Of a DNA stretch of 64,000 nucleotides, positions 62,974 to 64,000 are shown in pieces. Within the stretch, counting starts at the first letter, position 1. Every line of letters begins with the position of its first letter. The stretch is from an uncultured delta proteobacterium (GTDB lineage Bacteria; Desulfobacterota; Desulfobacteria; Desulfobacterales; Desulfatirhabdiaceae). The stretch lies in NCBI GenBank assembly GCA_963789395.1, contig CAWBKP010000011.1, positions 32,001-96,000 of the forward strand, in the 5' to 3' direction. The position numbers were made by a program, and so were the translations under genes. A model generated the notes under the pieces. The model did no database searches. It saw only the letters and a list, made by a program, of their open reading frames with translations, and was not told where the DNA came from.

Positions 62974-63770
62974 GTGCAATCTGTTTCAGTTGTTCAACAT
63001 CCGGTTCAATTTGTTGGTGCAGGACCGGGTGATCCGGATCTGATCACGGTGAAAGGCCAGAAGGCATTGATGCTGGCCGATGTCGTCATTTATGCGGGAT
63101 CACTGGTCCCGGAAGCGCTTCTGAAATGGACCCGGCCGCAAACTCTCTCCATCGACAGCGCCGCTTTGAATCTGGAGCAGATCATCGATATCATCGTTGA
63201 AAACTGGGACTGTCGGAAAGCAGGTGGTGCGCCTCCACACCGGAGATCCCAGCCTCTATGGCGCCATTTTCGAACAGATGTCGGCCCTCGATGCCCGGAA
63301 TATCCCGTTTGCCGTTGTTCCGGGAGTCACGGCGGCTTTTGCCGCGGCAGCGGCCATGGGCCTGGAATATACCCTTCCGGAGATATCCCAGACCCTGATT
63401 CTGACGCGAATGGCCGGCAGAACGCCGGTTCCGGAATCGGAAAACCTGGAAGCACTGGCCAGCCACCAGGCATCCATGGCCATTTATCTGAGCATTTCCC
63501 TGATCGATGCGGTGCAGGCCACGCTGTCCCGTGCATACGGCCCCGATGCTGCCTGCGCCATTGCCTATAAAATCAGTCATCCGGAAGAGCGGATTGTTTA
63601 TACCCGAATCAATCAATTGTCCGAAACCGTCCAAAAAGAAAACATCACCCGGCAGGCCCTGATCATTGTCGGCAAGGTGCTTGAAGTCACCCTGGACAGT
63701 CTGAAACATCACTCCAAACTCTATGACAAAGCATTTACGCACGGGTTCAGGGAAAAAGTCGCAGCAGTGA
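62974..63770 (+). CDS. cbiF: Cobalt-precorrin-4 C11-methyltransferase (frameshift near 63200)
   Basis: [34 protein letters not shown] and [13 protein letters not shown] motifs. Confidence 0.93.
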
Positions 63771-64000
63771 ACATTCCCGGCCCCCAACAGCTTGCCATCT
63801 GGGCAATCACCCCCGGCGGCCTTTCCCTGGCGCTGAAGCTAATGGATGCTTTCCCCGGAATGCTGCATGTTTCCGAAAGGTCTTCTGCCCTGCCCTGCTC
63901 CCTGTTTTTCATTCGCCCGGCTGGCGGACTGCGTCAAGGATCGATTTTCCCTTTTTAAAGCACACGTGTTTATCATGTCCACCGGCATCGTGGTGCGGGT
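63767..64000 (+). CDS. cbiG: Cobalt-precorrin-5A hydrolase, 5' part (truncated by the window end)
   Basis: LAIWAITPGG...HVFIMSTGIVVR N-terminal signature, located after cbiF. Confidence 0.8.

Noticed and set aside
63197..63958. CbiF-CbiG fusion
   Set aside because: A GTGA overlap at 63767-63770 suggests separate coupled genes. With this indel rate a fusion cannot be supported.

Overview
Bacterial DNA whose gene content suggests an anaerobic deltaproteobacterium (Desulfobacterota-like; this is inference). Many single-base indels split ordinary genes and are most likely long-read errors. The window has three zones. (1) 1-29.3 kb is a corrinoid/methyl-transfer/selenium neighbourhood. It holds an operon with two CobW-type GTPases, an MtaA/CmuA-type methyltransferase and a NorQ/NorD-like AAA+/vWA pair; a CbiMNQO cobalt transporter; a PduO-type adenosyltransferase; a B12-riboswitch-controlled bzaF-cobT-bzaC-bzaD-bzaE lower-ligand operon; a PadR/ABC unit; and an ArsR-led operon largely hidden from the ORF track. 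The key signal is eight in-frame TGA codons, each followed by a bacterial SECIS-like hairpin and most at recognisable Cys-motif positions. Seven lie within about 4 kb (TsoA-, TsoB- and TsoC-like genes, a BFD-like protein, an ArsM-like methyltransferase and a DUF2284 domain); the eighth is in a CobW-like GTPase. (2) 29.3-53.4 kb is a mosaic of signalling genes, cassette-like genes separated by degenerate attC-like palindromes, a TA pair, two IS1634-family elements with visible TIRs and target duplications, and a RAYT transposase. (3) 53.4-64 kb is a cobalamin riboswitch followed by the anaerobic corrin pathway (cbiK, btuCDF-like, cbiA, cbiC, cbiL, cbiD, cbiET, cbiF, partial cbiG). No rRNA, tRNA or CRISPR array was seen.
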